Shown here: positions 28,929-39,506 of the stretch, in pieces | Layout: the number at the start of each line of letters is the position of its first letter | Position numbering within the stretch: the first letter of the stretch is position 1 | NCBI GenBank assembly: GCA_040079575.1 | Contig: JBEBKH010000003.1 | Span: forward strand, 7,854 to 71,853 | DNA length: 64,000 bases | Source: Chakrabartia sp. | GTDB taxonomy: Bacteria > Pseudomonadota > Alphaproteobacteria > Sphingomonadales > Sphingomonadaceae | Direction: 5' to 3' | Program-made: the position numbers and the translations under genes | Notes under the pieces: generated by a model | The model's input: only the letters and a program-made list of their open reading frames with translations | What the model was told of the DNA's origin: nothing | Databases searched by the model: none

Positions 28929-31580
28929 TCAGATCTTGTACGAGAAGCGCAGGCCAATCGTACGCGGACGCGTCGTGGTAGTGCGGAGTTCCCCATCGTT
29001 ACCGCTCTTATAAAGCTCGGAACGCTTATCAGTGAGGTTGTCACCGAAGACTTCCATCCGCCAATCATCCTTGGCGACGCCAAAGGCCGCGCCGAACAAC
29101 TGGTAGGAATCGAGCTGCTGCGCGGCAGGGAGCGGCACAATGACGTCTCCTGCACGAACTGTTACACCATTATAGACTGCTGTCGCTCCCGAATAACGGA
29201 TGTCGACATTGTCGATCACGTCCGAAATGCTCTTGCCGACATGCTGGAAACGTACATTGGCAAACGGTCTCAAGCCATTGCTCAGCTCCTTTTCCCAAGC
29301 CAGCCGAACGTTGAATTGGAACTTTGGACTAAGCGCAAGCGGCCCACCAAGTGGACGCAGCACTCTGGTATTTTGACGGTAGCGCTTCATTTCAGAATCA
29401 TTAAACGAGAAAGCGCTGTTGATCGTGAACTCTTGCGATGCCCGGAAAGTCACATCGCCTTCCAGTCCCTTGATGCGTGCATCGAGCAGGTTGGACGTGA
29501 AGGTCTGGTTCGAAATGTTCTGGTCAAACACCGTGATCTGGATATTCTTCCAGTCGATCAAATAGGCAGCAAGGTTGATCTGCAAACGCCGATCTAGCAG
29601 CGAGAATTTGCCGCCCACTTCATAATTGGCCACCTTGTCAGGGACATAAGTGCCAAGCCGCACGAAATCGGCATTGGTTGGACAAATGGCGCTGGGCACC
29701 CGGCACGGACGACGGTTGAAACCGCCAGGCCGAAAACCGTCCGAATAAGTCGCATAGACCAGCGAGCCTTCATTGAATTTGTACGTCAGGTTGCCCTTGA
29801 ACAGCACACCGGTATATTTTGCCGGCGAGGCATCAGCATAGAGCTGGTTCAGGTTTGCGCTGACACCATAGAATAGTGGTGGCGTGGCAGACGGTGAATA
29901 GGTACCCGTCGCCGGATTATAGACACCACGAGAAACGCCGTCAAAGCTTGTATTCGACGACCCATTGATTGAAGCCTTTTCGTTGTAGTAGCGCAGGCCA
30001 CCCGTCAGGGTCAGCTTTTCAGGCACGATGTCGAACGAGGCTTCGCCGTAAGCCGCAAACTGCTTGTCTTTGCGCTGAACGTCATTGAAAAAGCCGACTT
30101 TGACTGGGCGAACGCCGGTGTCGTTAGCGTTCACGGACGGGTTTGGCGCGCGACGATAGATGAAGCCAGCCGCCTCGCTCAGATACGACCAATCGGTATT
30201 GTCAAACAATTTGTTGTCATCATAGAACAAACCGAACGTGCCGCGGATGCGCTTGTCGACAGGGGTCGTTACCCGGAATTCGTGCGTCATACGCTTGGTG
30301 CGGTTACGAACCTGATAGCTCTTGTTGGGCGCATAGCAGGTGCGGCCGAGCGCCGGATTGTTGTAATAAACGCCAGCATCACACTCATAATAGGGCAGAT
30401 AGAGGCCAATATTCGAATAACCAGCATAATCTGCGACTTGCGTCGCACGATGCTTGAGGAACGATCCCGTATAGATCATCTCCAGCGCGCCGAGGCGTCC
30501 GTTGATGCCCAAAGAGGTTAGAGCCACTTTGTCGCGCAGACTATTGTCATTGAACTTGGTAACCTGCAAATCACCCACACCGGGCTCAAAATCGAACACA
30601 CCATCCGTATCCAGCTCTTGGCGCAGATGCATCACATCGATCGACCAGTCGTCATTGATTTGATAATTAAGCGCAATACGACCGCCGCGATAGGTTGCGT
30701 CGTTGTAATTCTTCTCAACGAACGCGTCATTGTTGATCGTCTGGCGGATAGGAGGCGTGTAGCCGCTGCCAGTGCAGTTAGCGACGCCGGCACAGGACTG
30801 GATCGCCTGCCTCACTAAAAGCGGATTGCCCGTTGGCAGCCTTCCGGCCAGGCCAACATTACCGTTAAATGGCATCTGAAAGGTGCCCGCAACATTGTCG
30901 ATATAGCCGCCCTGGCTATCAGCATAGACGACAACCCGCAGCGCCAGCTTGTCCTTGATGATCGGAACGTTAATGAAGGCATCACCCGCGACGCTCTCGT
31001 CACCGCTCTTGGTGAAGGCGTAGCTCGCGTTCACGCCTGCATGGAAATCGGACGGATCAGCCTTGTTCGTGATGTAGCGAACGGCGCCGCCCATTGCGCT
31101 TGCGCCAAACAACGTCCCCTGCGGCCCCGCCAAAACTTCAACGCGTTGAAGATCGACTGTGTAGAGATCAAGGTTACGGCCAACCAAGGAAGCGGGTGAG
31201 TCGTTGACATAGAGTGCGACTGTGGGCTGCGCACCTGCAGTACCTGCAATCTGGAGACCAGGCGAGTCAGTGGAAAGTCCGCGAATGAAGATCGATGAAG
31301 CGCCGGGTCCGCGCGACGCCGCGCGAACGTTTGGCAGAACTTCCAGCAGCTTGTCGAACTTCGTGATCCCTAGGTCAGACAAGGTGTCTCCGCTCAAAGC
31401 CTGAATGGCGAGCGGGATTTTGTTCAGCGATTCTTCACGCCGCGTGGCCGTGACAACGATATCGGCAATAGCACGATCATCTTCAGCGGCAGTGGCATCT
31501 TGTGCAAAGGCCGGGGCCCCTCCTGCGCCAAGCGCCGTCAGAACGCATATAGCTGTCGATATCTTCCAGTTGGTTTTCAA
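28929..31580 (-). CDS. TonB-dependent outer membrane receptor
   Basis: Signal peptide (APAFA), TonB-box-like DIVVTATRRE, plug IFIRG, RVEVLAGPQGTLFGASAMGG, beta-barrel with NYEVGGK. Confidence 0.95.
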   Translation of the reverse strand: MKTNWKISTAICVLTALGAGGAPAFAQDATAAEDDRAIADIVVTATRREESLNKIPLAIQALSGDTLSDLGITKFDKLLEVLPNVRAASRGPGASSIFIRGLSTDSPGLQIAGTAGAQPTVALYVNDSPASLVGRNLDLYTVDLQRVEVLAGPQGTLFGASAMGGAVRYITNKADPSDFHAGVNASYAFTKSGDESVAGDAFINVPIIKDKLALRVVVYADSQGGYIDNVAGTFQMPFNGNVGLAGRLPTGNPLLVRQAIQSCAGVANCTGSGYTPPIRQTINNDAFVEKNYNDATYRGGRIALNYQINDDWSIDVMHLRQELDTDGVFDFEPGVGDLQVTKFNDNSLRDKVALTSLGINGRLGALEMIYTGSFLKHRATQVADYAGYSNIGLYLPYYECDAGVYYNNPALGRTCYAPNKSYQVRNRTKRMTHEFRVTTPVDKRIRGTFGLFYDDNKLFDNTDWSYLSEAAGFIYRRAPNPSVNANDTGVRPVKVGFFNDVQRKDKQFAAYGEASFDIVPEKLTLTGGLRYYNEKASINGSSNTSFDGVSRGVYNPATGTYSPSATPPLFYGVSANLNQLYADASPAKYTGVLFKGNLTYKFNEGSLVYATYSDGFRPGGFNRRPCRVPSAICPTNADFVRLGTYVPDKVANYEVGGKFSLLDRRLQINLAAYLIDWKNIQITVFDQNISNQTFTSNLLDARIKGLEGDVTFRASQEFTINSAFSFNDSEMKRYRQNTRVLRPLGGPLALSPKFQFNVRLAWEKELSNGLRPFANVRFQHVGKSISDVIDNVDIRYSGATAVYNGVTVRAGDVIVPLPAAQQLDSYQLFGAAFGVAKDDWRMEVFGDNLTDKRSELYKSGNDGELRTTTTRPRTIGLRFSYKI

Positions 31581-31680
31581 TGTCTTTCTCCCCTTGTGAT
31601 CCCCCGTTTTTCCGAGGAATAGTCGTAATTATCAATAATTATGATTGGAGACTGTATTTCGATCCCCCATCAGGCAACTG

Positions 31681-31710
31681 ACCAATTTTTCTGCATTGGT
31701 AAATTAAATT
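31681..31710. promoter_or_regulatory. Candidate regulator operator ACCAAT-N8-ATTGGT in the TBDR/purU divergent promoter
   Basis: Dyad seen directly; ATTGGTAAAT(T)AAATT also occurs at 21231 upstream of the LysR gene. Confidence 0.5.
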
Positions 31711-31832
31711 ACATACTCGATCATGACATCTAACTGTTTCAATAAGAAGACCTAATGTAGGCGCGATTTTATAGATCGGCCTGAACGACGAGACTAGGCA
31801 AATGCGCCATAACGATAGGGGAAGAGCCGCAC

Positions 31833-32690
31833 ATGCTGAAAGCTGCAGATTTTGTTTTGTTGATCGCGAGTGAAGACCGCAAGGGCATTGTCGCTGCGGT
31901 TGCCAATTCGATTGCCAGCCAAGATTGTAACATCGTTGAAAATGCGCAATTTGGCGATGCTAACACAGGGCGCTTCTTCATGCGGGTTGCTGTTTCGGGA
32001 CCGGACGGCATGACGAAGCAAAGCTTCACTGATGCATTCATGCCGGTGGCAACAGCATTTCGCCTGGAATGGAAAATTCATGATCTCAGGGAAAAACTGC
32101 GGGCAATGATCATGGTCAGTCAGGGCGGGCATTGCCTCAATGATTTGCTATACCGGACATCTGCCAAGCGGTTGCCGATGGAGGTGACGAGCATCGTTTC
32201 CAATCACACCACATGGCAACGCCGCGCTGAACATGAAGGTATCCCATTTTTTCACCTGCCGATCACGGCTGAAACCAAGCTTGACCAAGAGGCGAAATTG
32301 ATGGCGCTGGTTGAGGAACAGCAAGTCGATTTGATCATCCTCGCGCGCTATATGCAGGTCTTGTCAGATCAACTGTGCCGCAAGCTCGATGGCCGCGTGA
32401 TCAATATCCACCATAGCTTTTTGCCCGGCTTTAAGGGCGCTAAACCCTATCACCGCGCTTATGAGCGTGGGGTAAAGATGGTCGGGGCAACCGCCCATTA
32501 TGTGACACCCGACCTTGATGAAGGGCCAATTATCACACAGGATGTTTCAATCGTTGACCATGCCGACACGGTGGATGACCTGATCGCGCAAGGGCAAGAT
32601 ACCGAAAGCCGGGTTCTAGCAAGGGCGGTCAAACTTCATCTTGAACACCGAGTGCTGCTCAGTGGCAGCCGTACTGTCATTTTTAAGTGA
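31833..32690 (+). CDS. purU: Formyltetrahydrofolate deformylase
   Basis: N-terminal ACT domain, HCLNDL, LARYMQVLS, INIHHSFLPGFKGAKPY, GATAHYVT, LDEGPII. Confidence 0.97.
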   Translation: MLKAADFVLLIASEDRKGIVAAVANSIASQDCNIVENAQFGDANTGRFFMRVAVSGPDGMTKQSFTDAFMPVATAFRLEWKIHDLREKLRAMIMVSQGGHCLNDLLYRTSAKRLPMEVTSIVSNHTTWQRRAEHEGIPFFHLPITAETKLDQEAKLMALVEEQQVDLIILARYMQVLSDQLCRKLDGRVINIHHSFLPGFKGAKPYHRAYERGVKMVGATAHYVTPDLDEGPIITQDVSIVDHADTVDDLIAQGQDTESRVLARAVKLHLEHRVLLSGSRTVIFK

Positions 32691-32728
32691 AAATTGGCGC
32701 GGTGGCATTGTGATTGATTCCAGCCTTG

Positions 32729-32776
32729 CTGAATGTGCCTGTGTGAATGTAAATCCACTAACATTGTCACATTCAG
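32729..32776. promoter_or_regulatory. Nested inverted repeat upstream of frmA (operator or hairpin)
   Basis: CTGAATGTG...CACATTCAG with an inner AATGT/ACATT pair. Confidence 0.35.
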
Positions 32777-32898
32777 ACGAACTGGAACTGCGCTGATTTC
32801 AGCATCGATCTTATGGAATCATAAGTTTTGATCATTTCACTACCGACACCAGAATAAACACCTGATTTGCGTTTGAAAAAATTATTTGGAGAAAGAAT

Positions 32899-34008
32899 AT
32901 GAAGACGCGTGCGGCGGTCGCTTTTGAAGCAAAACGTCCTTTGGAAATTGTTGAACTCGATCTTGAAGGCCCGCGCGCGGGAGAGGTTCTTGTAGAGATT
33001 ATGGCGACGGGTATCTGCCATACCGACGCCTATACGCTGGACGGTTTTGACAGTGAGGGCTTATTTCCCAGCGTTCTGGGCCATGAAGGCGCAGGTATTG
33101 TTCGCGAGGTTGGCGCTGGCGTGACGAGTGTGAAACCGGGGGATCATGTGATCCCACTTTACACGCCGGAATGTCGCCAGTGTAAAAGCTGCCTGTCCGG
33201 CAAGACCAACCTCTGCACCGCAATCCGCGCGACGCAAGGCAAGGGTTTGATGCCGGACGGAACATCGCGCTTTAGCTATAAGGGCCAGACCATCTTTCAT
33301 TATATGGGCTGTTCCACCTTTTCGAATTTCACGGTTCTGCCCGAAATTGCTGTCGCTAAAATCCGTGAGGATGCCCCTTTTAACAGCGCATGTTATGTCG
33401 GGTGCGGCGTGACCACAGGCGTCGGCGCTGTGGTCAACACCGCCAAAGTCCAACCTGGCGATAATGTCATCATTTTCGGACTGGGCGGGATTGGCCTCAA
33501 CGTGCTTCAAGGCGCAAGGATGGCAGGTGCCAATATGATTGTGGGTGTCGACATCAACCCCGACCGCGAAGCATGGGGCAAGAAATTCGGCATGACCCAC
33601 TTCGTTAATCCCAAAGATGTTGAAGGAGATATCGTCGCGCATCTCGTCGCGCTGACCGATGGCGGCGCTGAATATACGTTCGATTGCACCGGCAATACGA
33701 CGGTGATGCGGCAGGCGCTTGAGGCCTGCCACCGCGGCTGGGGCACATCCATCATTATCGGCGTGGCAGAGGCGGGCAAAGAAATCAGCACGCGCCCCTT
33801 TCAGCTGGTCACCGGCCGCAACTGGCGCGGCACCGCGTTCGGCGGGGCAAAGGGCCGCACCGATGTGCCAAAGATTGTCGACCTGTATATGGACGGTACG
33901 ATCCAGATCGATCCGATGATCACCCATGTCCTGAGCCTTGAAGAGATCAACAAAGGCTTTGACCTGATGCACGCCGGTGAAAGCATCCGCAGTGTCGTGG
34001 TCTTCTAA
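32899..34008 (+). CDS. frmA: S-(hydroxymethyl)glutathione dehydrogenase/class III alcohol dehydrogenase
   Basis: [47 protein letters not shown]. Confidence 0.97.
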   Translation: MKTRAAVAFEAKRPLEIVELDLEGPRAGEVLVEIMATGICHTDAYTLDGFDSEGLFPSVLGHEGAGIVREVGAGVTSVKPGDHVIPLYTPECRQCKSCLSGKTNLCTAIRATQGKGLMPDGTSRFSYKGQTIFHYMGCSTFSNFTVLPEIAVAKIREDAPFNSACYVGCGVTTGVGAVVNTAKVQPGDNVIIFGLGGIGLNVLQGARMAGANMIVGVDINPDREAWGKKFGMTHFVNPKDVEGDIVAHLVALTDGGAEYTFDCTGNTTVMRQALEACHRGWGTSIIIGVAEAGKEISTRPFQLVTGRNWRGTAFGGAKGRTDVPKIVDLYMDGTIQIDPMITHVLSLEEINKGFDLMHAGESIRSVVVF

Positions 34009-34419
34009 ATGACGACAATCGCTGACATATTGGCCGAACATGATGGACGGGAGGGGCCCCTCCTCCCCATCCTGCACGATGTGCAAAAGGCGTTTGGCCA
34101 TGTCAGCGAAGACGCGGTGCGCACCATTGCAAATGCGCTCAATTTGACCCGTGCCGAGGTTCACGGCGTGGTCAGTTTCTACCATGATTTCCGCAAAGAA
34201 CCCGAACATCGCCCCGTGATCAAACTGTGCCGCGCCGAAGCCTGCAAGGCACGCGGGGTCGAAGCATTGATTCCCCTGACCGCGGCGCAAAGCCGTGTGA
34301 AGGTGGAGGCAATCTATTGCCTTGGGCTGTGTTCGGTTGGTCCCGCTGCGATGATCGGGGATCAGGTTCATGCCCATATTGATACCGAACGCCTGACCGC
34401 ATTGTTGGCAAGCGCATGA
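34009..34419 (+). CDS. fdsG: NAD-dependent formate dehydrogenase gamma subunit (NuoE-like)
   Basis: LLPILH, AEVHGVVSFYHDF, CRAEAC and CLGLC 2Fe-2S ligands. Confidence 0.92.
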   Translation: MTTIADILAEHDGREGPLLPILHDVQKAFGHVSEDAVRTIANALNLTRAEVHGVVSFYHDFRKEPEHRPVIKLCRAEACKARGVEALIPLTAAQSRVKVEAIYCLGLCSVGPAAMIGDQVHAHIDTERLTALLASA

Positions 34420-35858
34420 AGGTGCGGATTTCAGATGACGCCGTCGCACTTGCGTGCGGCGCTGATGCTGTCGCTGCTGCATTTGAACAGGCCGGGGCTG
34501 AGGTTGAACGCGTTTCCAGCTGGGGGATGCATTGGCTCGAACCCTTGGTTGAAATTGACACTATTGGCTATGGGGCCGTGACTGCTGACCAGGTTCCGGC
34601 AATTATGGCCGGGAATGCTCAATCTATTGGTCGGATTGAAGACCATCCCTTCATTGCCAAACAAACCCGCCTCACCTTTGCCCGCGCGGGCAAAACGCGT
34701 CCGACGTCACTTGATGATTATTATGCGACCGGTGGCTGGATCAGCCTTGCAAAAGCGCGAGAATTGGGGGCGGAGGCCACAGTCGCTGCGGTGTCGGCTT
34801 CTGGATTGCGCGGGCGCGGGGGCGCTGGTTTTCCCGCTGGGATCAAATGGAAAACCGTTGCCAGCGCAGCGGCAGATCAAAAATATATCGTCTGCAATGC
34901 CGACGAAGGCGACAGCGCCACCTTTGCGGACCGGATGGTGATGGAGGGTGATCCCTTCATGCTGATTGAGGGCATGGCGATTGCCGGATTGGCGGTCGGC
35001 GCGAGCAGGGGTTATATCTATATACGTTCAGAATATCCCCATGCCATTGCCAAGACCCAGGCTGCGATTGTGGCATGCGCCCATCTGATCTCACCGTTCG
35101 TGGTTGAAGTGCGTGTCGGTGCAGGCGCTTATGTGTGCGGCGAAGAAACATCATTGCTGAACAGTATTGAAGGCAAGCGCGGCGAAGTGCGGGCCAAACC
35201 GCCGCTGCCTGCACTCGAGGGCCTGTTCGGCAAACCGACCGTGGTCAACAATGTCCTGACGCTTTCCGCTGTACCGTGGATTTTGGCCCACGGTGGCGAC
35301 GCTTATGCCGCATTTGGCATGGGGCGTTCGAAGGGCACGATGCCAATCCAGCTTGCAGGGAATGTCAAACATGGCGGCTTGTTCGAGGTCGCCTTTGGCA
35401 TCACGCTTGGCGAACTCATCGATGATATTGGCGGGGGTACTGCGTCGGGCCGTCCAGTCCGCTGCGTTCAGGTTGGCGGGCCGTTGGGGGCCTATATCCC
35501 GCCATCCCAATTTGACCTTCCTTTTGATTATGAGGCCTTTGCTGAGGCCGACGCGTTGATCGGGCATGCCGGGATCACTGTTTTTGATGACACGGTCGAT
35601 ATGGCGCAGATAGCGCGTTTTGCGATGGAATTTTGTGCGGTTGAAAGCTGCGGCAAATGTACGCCGTGCCGATTGGGCAGCACACGCGGCGTTGAAACAC
35701 TTGACCAGATCATCGCGGGCAAAAATGTTGAAGCCAATCTGGCGTTGATCGCCGACCTTTCCGAAACCATGAAATATGGCTCTCTTTGTGCCTTAGGAGG
35801 GTTCACGCCTTACCCCGTGATGAGTGCAATCAAGCATTTCCCAGAAGATTTCCGGTGA
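34416..35858 (+). CDS. fdsB: Formate dehydrogenase beta subunit (NuoF-like)
   Basis: GLRGRGGAGFP, CNADEGD, YVCGEETSL, ESCGKCTPCR, LCALG. Confidence 0.95.
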   Translation: MKVRISDDAVALACGADAVAAAFEQAGAEVERVSSWGMHWLEPLVEIDTIGYGAVTADQVPAIMAGNAQSIGRIEDHPFIAKQTRLTFARAGKTRPTSLDDYYATGGWISLAKARELGAEATVAAVSASGLRGRGGAGFPAGIKWKTVASAAADQKYIVCNADEGDSATFADRMVMEGDPFMLIEGMAIAGLAVGASRGYIYIRSEYPHAIAKTQAAIVACAHLISPFVVEVRVGAGAYVCGEETSLLNSIEGKRGEVRAKPPLPALEGLFGKPTVVNNVLTLSAVPWILAHGGDAYAAFGMGRSKGTMPIQLAGNVKHGGLFEVAFGITLGELIDDIGGGTASGRPVRCVQVGGPLGAYIPPSQFDLPFDYEAFAEADALIGHAGITVFDDTVDMAQIARFAMEFCAVESCGKCTPCRLGSTRGVETLDQIIAGKNVEANLALIADLSETMKYGSLCALGGFTPYPVMSAIKHFPEDFR

Positions 35859-36394
35859 AACGGCTTGGCGCGATCATTGCCGGTGGCAAAGCATCGCGCT
35901 TTGGCGGCGATAAGGGTTCTGCACTGTTGCAAGGGCGTCCGCTGATTGAACATGTTGCGCAGGGCTTGGAAAGTCAGGTCGACAAAATCATCATTTGCGG
36001 CGCGCAGTGGCCAGATATGGACTCAGTTGAAGACCGGCCACACGCACATTTGGGGCCGCTCGGAGGAATAAATGCTGCACTTTATTTTGCGCAGCAAAAT
36101 GGTTTTGATCTGGTGATGACAGCGGGATGTGATGTCCTGCCGGTCGCTCAATTTCCACAGGTTTTGCGCGACGAAAAGGCCGCCTATGTGGCCGATCACT
36201 ATTTGTTTGGCATGTGGCCCGCATCGCTTTGGCAAAGCCTAGATCATCATCTTGCGCAGCAAAGCGATCATTCAATGCGACACTGGATCGCTACAATCGG
36301 CGCGCGCGCATTGCCGCCTGTGACGGTCCACTACAATCTCAATACGCAGGTAGATTTGGAGCATTATGCTGCACAATTTGGGATTGCAGCATGA
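35855..36394 (+). CDS. mobA: Molybdenum cofactor guanylyltransferase
   Basis: GTG start overlapping the fdsB stop; IIAGGKASRFGGDK, GPLGGI, NLNT motifs. Confidence 0.88.
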   Translation: MKRLGAIIAGGKASRFGGDKGSALLQGRPLIEHVAQGLESQVDKIIICGAQWPDMDSVEDRPHAHLGPLGGINAALYFAQQNGFDLVMTAGCDVLPVAQFPQVLRDEKAAYVADHYLFGMWPASLWQSLDHHLAQQSDHSMRHWIATIGARALPPVTVHYNLNTQVDLEHYAAQFGIAA

Positions 36395-36438
36395 TGTTTT
36401 GCGCGCAGCATTTTTCATTTTTGGTGTAAGGTAGGGAT

Positions 36439-39297
36439 ATGACATATCAGCCACAAAGTGATTTTGGAACACCCGCCAGTCGCGCAGAAGAAACTGTAAC
36501 CTGCACCATTGATGGTCGCGCTGTGACTGTCCCAGCCGGCACGAGCGTCATGCGTGCCGCCGCCGAACAAGGCACTTCGATCCCAAAGCTATGCGCAACC
36601 GATAGTGTGAAAAGCTTTGGCTCATGCCGCTTGTGCCTTGTCGAAATCGACGGACGACGGGGCACGCCTGCCAGCTGCACGACCCCCGTTGAGCCTGGTA
36701 TGGTCGTCCGCACACAAACGCCCCATCTTGCCAAATTGCGCAAGGGCGTGATGGAACTCTATATCTCAGACCATCCTCTCGATTGTTTGACGTGCGCCGC
36801 CAACGGCGACTGCGAATTGCAGGATCAGGCAGGGGCCGTTGGGTTGCGCGACGTACGTTATAACGTGCAGGCGACACATTTGGGCCAGGGAAAAGACCAT
36901 TCCAACCCCTATTTTGATTTTGATCCTTCGAAATGCATCGCTTGTTCGCGCTGTATCCGTGCGTGCGATGAAGTGCAGGGCACACTCGCGCTAACGATGG
37001 AAGGACGCGGCTGGGAGTCCAAAATTTCGGCGGGCCTCGCCAGTGACAATTTTTTAGGCAGCGAGTGCGTTTCCTGCGGCGCCTGCGTGCAGGCCTGTCC
37101 CACAGCGACGCTGGTCGAGAAAAAGGTCGTCGAGATTGGAACACCAGAGCGCAGCGTCGTAACAACATGTGCCTATTGCGGCGTTGGTTGCACCTTCCGC
37201 GCCGAAATGCGCGGCGAGCAGCTTGTCCGTATGGTGCCTTACAAAGAAGGCAAAGCCAATCGCGGTCACAGCTGCGTGAAGGGCCGTTTTGCTTGGGGCT
37301 ATGCGCAGCATCAAGAGCGCATCTTGAAACCCATGATCCGCACATCAATCAATGATCCGTGGCGCGAGGTCGAATGGGATGAAGCCTTTGCTTATACCGC
37401 GTCAGAGTTAAAACGGATCAGCGACACTTACGGCAAACATGCTCTTGGCGGGATCACGTCGAGCCGCTGCACCAATGAAGAAACCTTCCTTGTTCAAAAA
37501 TTGGTGCGCGCAGGCTTTGGTAACAACAATGTCGACACCTGCGCCCGTGTTTGCCACTCCCCCACCGGATACGGCCTCAAAACAACATTTGGGACAAGTG
37601 CTGGAACGCAGGATTTTGACTCGGTTGAGGATAGCGATGTCATCCTGATCATCGGGGCGAACCCGACCGACGGCCATCCAGTCTTTGCAAGCCGGATGAA
37701 ACGACGTTTGCGCGGCCAAGATGATAAACCTGGCGCAAAACTGATCGTGATCGATCCGCGCCGAACCGATATTGTCCGCTCCCCCCATATCGAAGCGCAG
37801 CATCATCTACCGCTGCGCCCCGGCACTAATGTTGCGGTCCTGACTGCAATGGCGCATGTCATCGTGACCGAAGGCCTTGCGGATGAAACGTTCGTAAAAG
37901 AACGCTGCGACTGGGACGAATATCTGCACTGGGCCGAATTTGTTTCGCTGCCCCGCAACAGCCCCGAAAACTTGCAACCTGTTACTTTGGTCGACGCTGA
38001 AGAGCTACGTGCCGCAGCACGGCTTTATGCAACGGGTGGCAATGGCGCAATCTATTACGGCCTTGGTGTGACGGAACACAGCCAAGGCAGTTCAACCGTT
38101 ATGGCGATTGCCAATCTTGCCATGGCGACAGGCAATATCGGGCGGCGCGGTGTCGGCGTGAACCCGCTGCGCGGCCAAAATAACGTTCAGGGCGCATGCG
38201 ATATGGGCAGCTTCCCCCATGAACTTTCCGGTTACCGCCACATCAGCGATGGCGATACGCGGCGCTTATTTGAAAATGATTGGGGCGTGCCACTCGACCC
38301 TGAGCCAGGCCTGCGCATCCCCAATATGCTGGATGCCGCTGTCGACGGGGTGTTCAAGGCGCTTTATTGTCAAGGCGAGGATATTCTCCAATCCGATCCC
38401 AACACCGCGCATGTCTCGGCGGGTCTCGCGGCGATGGAATGCGTGATCGTGCATGACCTCTTCCTCAATGAAACCGCAAATTATGCGCATATCTTCTTGC
38501 CGGGATCGACCTTCTTGGAAAAGAACGGCACTTTCACCAATGCAGAGCGCCGTATCCAGCCGGTGCGCAAGGTGATGACACCGTTGAACGGGCTGGAAGA
38601 TTGGGAAGTGACCCAGCGCCTTGCCCAAGCGATGGGGCTCAACTGGAATTACAGCCACCCCAGCGAAATCATGGACGAAATCGCCCGGCTGACGCCGACT
38701 TTTGCGGGCGTCTCATTTGACCGCCTTGATGAAATGGGCTCTCTCCAATGGCCTGTGAATGATGCGGCTCCGGATGGATCACCGATCATGCATAGTGACG
38801 GGTTTGTGCGCGGCAAGGGCAAGTTCGTCGTGACCGATTACATCCCAACCGATGAAAAAACCGGCCCACGCTTTCCGCTGCTTCTCACCACCGGTCGCAT
38901 ATTGTCGCATTACAATGTCGGCGCGCAAACACGGCGGACTGAAAATATCGCGTGGCATCCTGAAGATTTGCTCGAAATCCATCCCGTCGATGCCGAAGAT
39001 CGCGGGGTCAAAACGGGGGACTGGATTAAGCTCGCCAGCCGTGCGGGCGAAACGACCTTGCGCGCGACCGTCACCGACCGGGTTGCGCCGGGTGTCGTTT
39101 ACACAACATTCCACCATGCTGTGACGCAAGCCAATGTTGTGACGACAGACTATAGCGACTGGGCGACAAATTGCCCCGAATATAAGGTAACGGCGGTGCA
39201 AATCAGCCCGTCCAATGGTCCAACGGATTGGCAAGAAGATTATGAAGCCCTCTCCGAACGGTCGCGGCGGATTGTGGCAAGGGTTCCTGCCGCATGA
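36439..39297 (+). CDS. fdsA: Mo-containing formate dehydrogenase alpha subunit
   Basis: GSCRLC, HPLDC, CIACSRC, CVSCGACVQAC, CAYCGVGC Fe-S motifs; DTCARVCH Mo-ligand Cys-His; LRGQNNVQG. Confidence 0.97.
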   Translation: MTYQPQSDFGTPASRAEETVTCTIDGRAVTVPAGTSVMRAAAEQGTSIPKLCATDSVKSFGSCRLCLVEIDGRRGTPASCTTPVEPGMVVRTQTPHLAKLRKGVMELYISDHPLDCLTCAANGDCELQDQAGAVGLRDVRYNVQATHLGQGKDHSNPYFDFDPSKCIACSRCIRACDEVQGTLALTMEGRGWESKISAGLASDNFLGSECVSCGACVQACPTATLVEKKVVEIGTPERSVVTTCAYCGVGCTFRAEMRGEQLVRMVPYKEGKANRGHSCVKGRFAWGYAQHQERILKPMIRTSINDPWREVEWDEAFAYTASELKRISDTYGKHALGGITSSRCTNEETFLVQKLVRAGFGNNNVDTCARVCHSPTGYGLKTTFGTSAGTQDFDSVEDSDVILIIGANPTDGHPVFASRMKRRLRGQDDKPGAKLIVIDPRRTDIVRSPHIEAQHHLPLRPGTNVAVLTAMAHVIVTEGLADETFVKERCDWDEYLHWAEFVSLPRNSPENLQPVTLVDAEELRAAARLYATGGNGAIYYGLGVTEHSQGSSTVMAIANLAMATGNIGRRGVGVNPLRGQNNVQGACDMGSFPHELSGYRHISDGDTRRLFENDWGVPLDPEPGLRIPNMLDAAVDGVFKALYCQGEDILQSDPNTAHVSAGLAAMECVIVHDLFLNETANYAHIFLPGSTFLEKNGTFTNAERRIQPVRKVMTPLNGLEDWEVTQRLAQAMGLNWNYSHPSEIMDEIARLTPTFAGVSFDRLDEMGSLQWPVNDAAPDGSPIMHSDGFVRGKGKFVVTDYIPTDEKTGPRFPLLLTTGRILSHYNVGAQTRRTENIAWHPEDLLEIHPVDAEDRGVKTGDWIKLASRAGETTLRATVTDRVAPGVVYTTFHHAVTQANVVTTDYSDWATNCPEYKVTAVQISPSNGPTDWQEDYEALSERSRRIVARVPAA

Positions 39298-39506
39298 ACA
39301 CGGTCGAACGCCTTGTTTACATGGCCAATCAGATTGCCACCAACCTTGCAACTGACGAAAATCCCGTTGGTGCAATCGCAGAACATATCCAGCTGTTTTG
39401 GGATCCGCGGATGAAACGGCTCATTTTTGAAAACGGGATTGCAGGCCTGTCGCCAACGGCTGCTGCTGCCATTACCCAGCTTGTCGAAACCAATGGGTCA
39501 CGCTGA
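39294..39506 (+). CDS. fdsD: Formate dehydrogenase delta subunit
   Basis: LVYMANQIA...IAEHIQLFWDPRM. Confidence 0.92.
   Translation: MNTVERLVYMANQIATNLATDENPVGAIAEHIQLFWDPRMKRLIFENGIAGLSPTAAAAITQLVETNGSR

Noticed and set aside
28929-28950. TBDR ends in Ile (FSYKI) instead of the usual Phe, and has Cys pairs in predicted loops
   Set aside because: Both features are within normal variation for alphaproteobacterial TBDRs.
28814-29155. N-terminal extension of the sulfotransferase ORF in the track
   Set aside because: It overlaps the TBDR 3' end, has non-protein-like composition, and a good RBS precedes the start at 28813.
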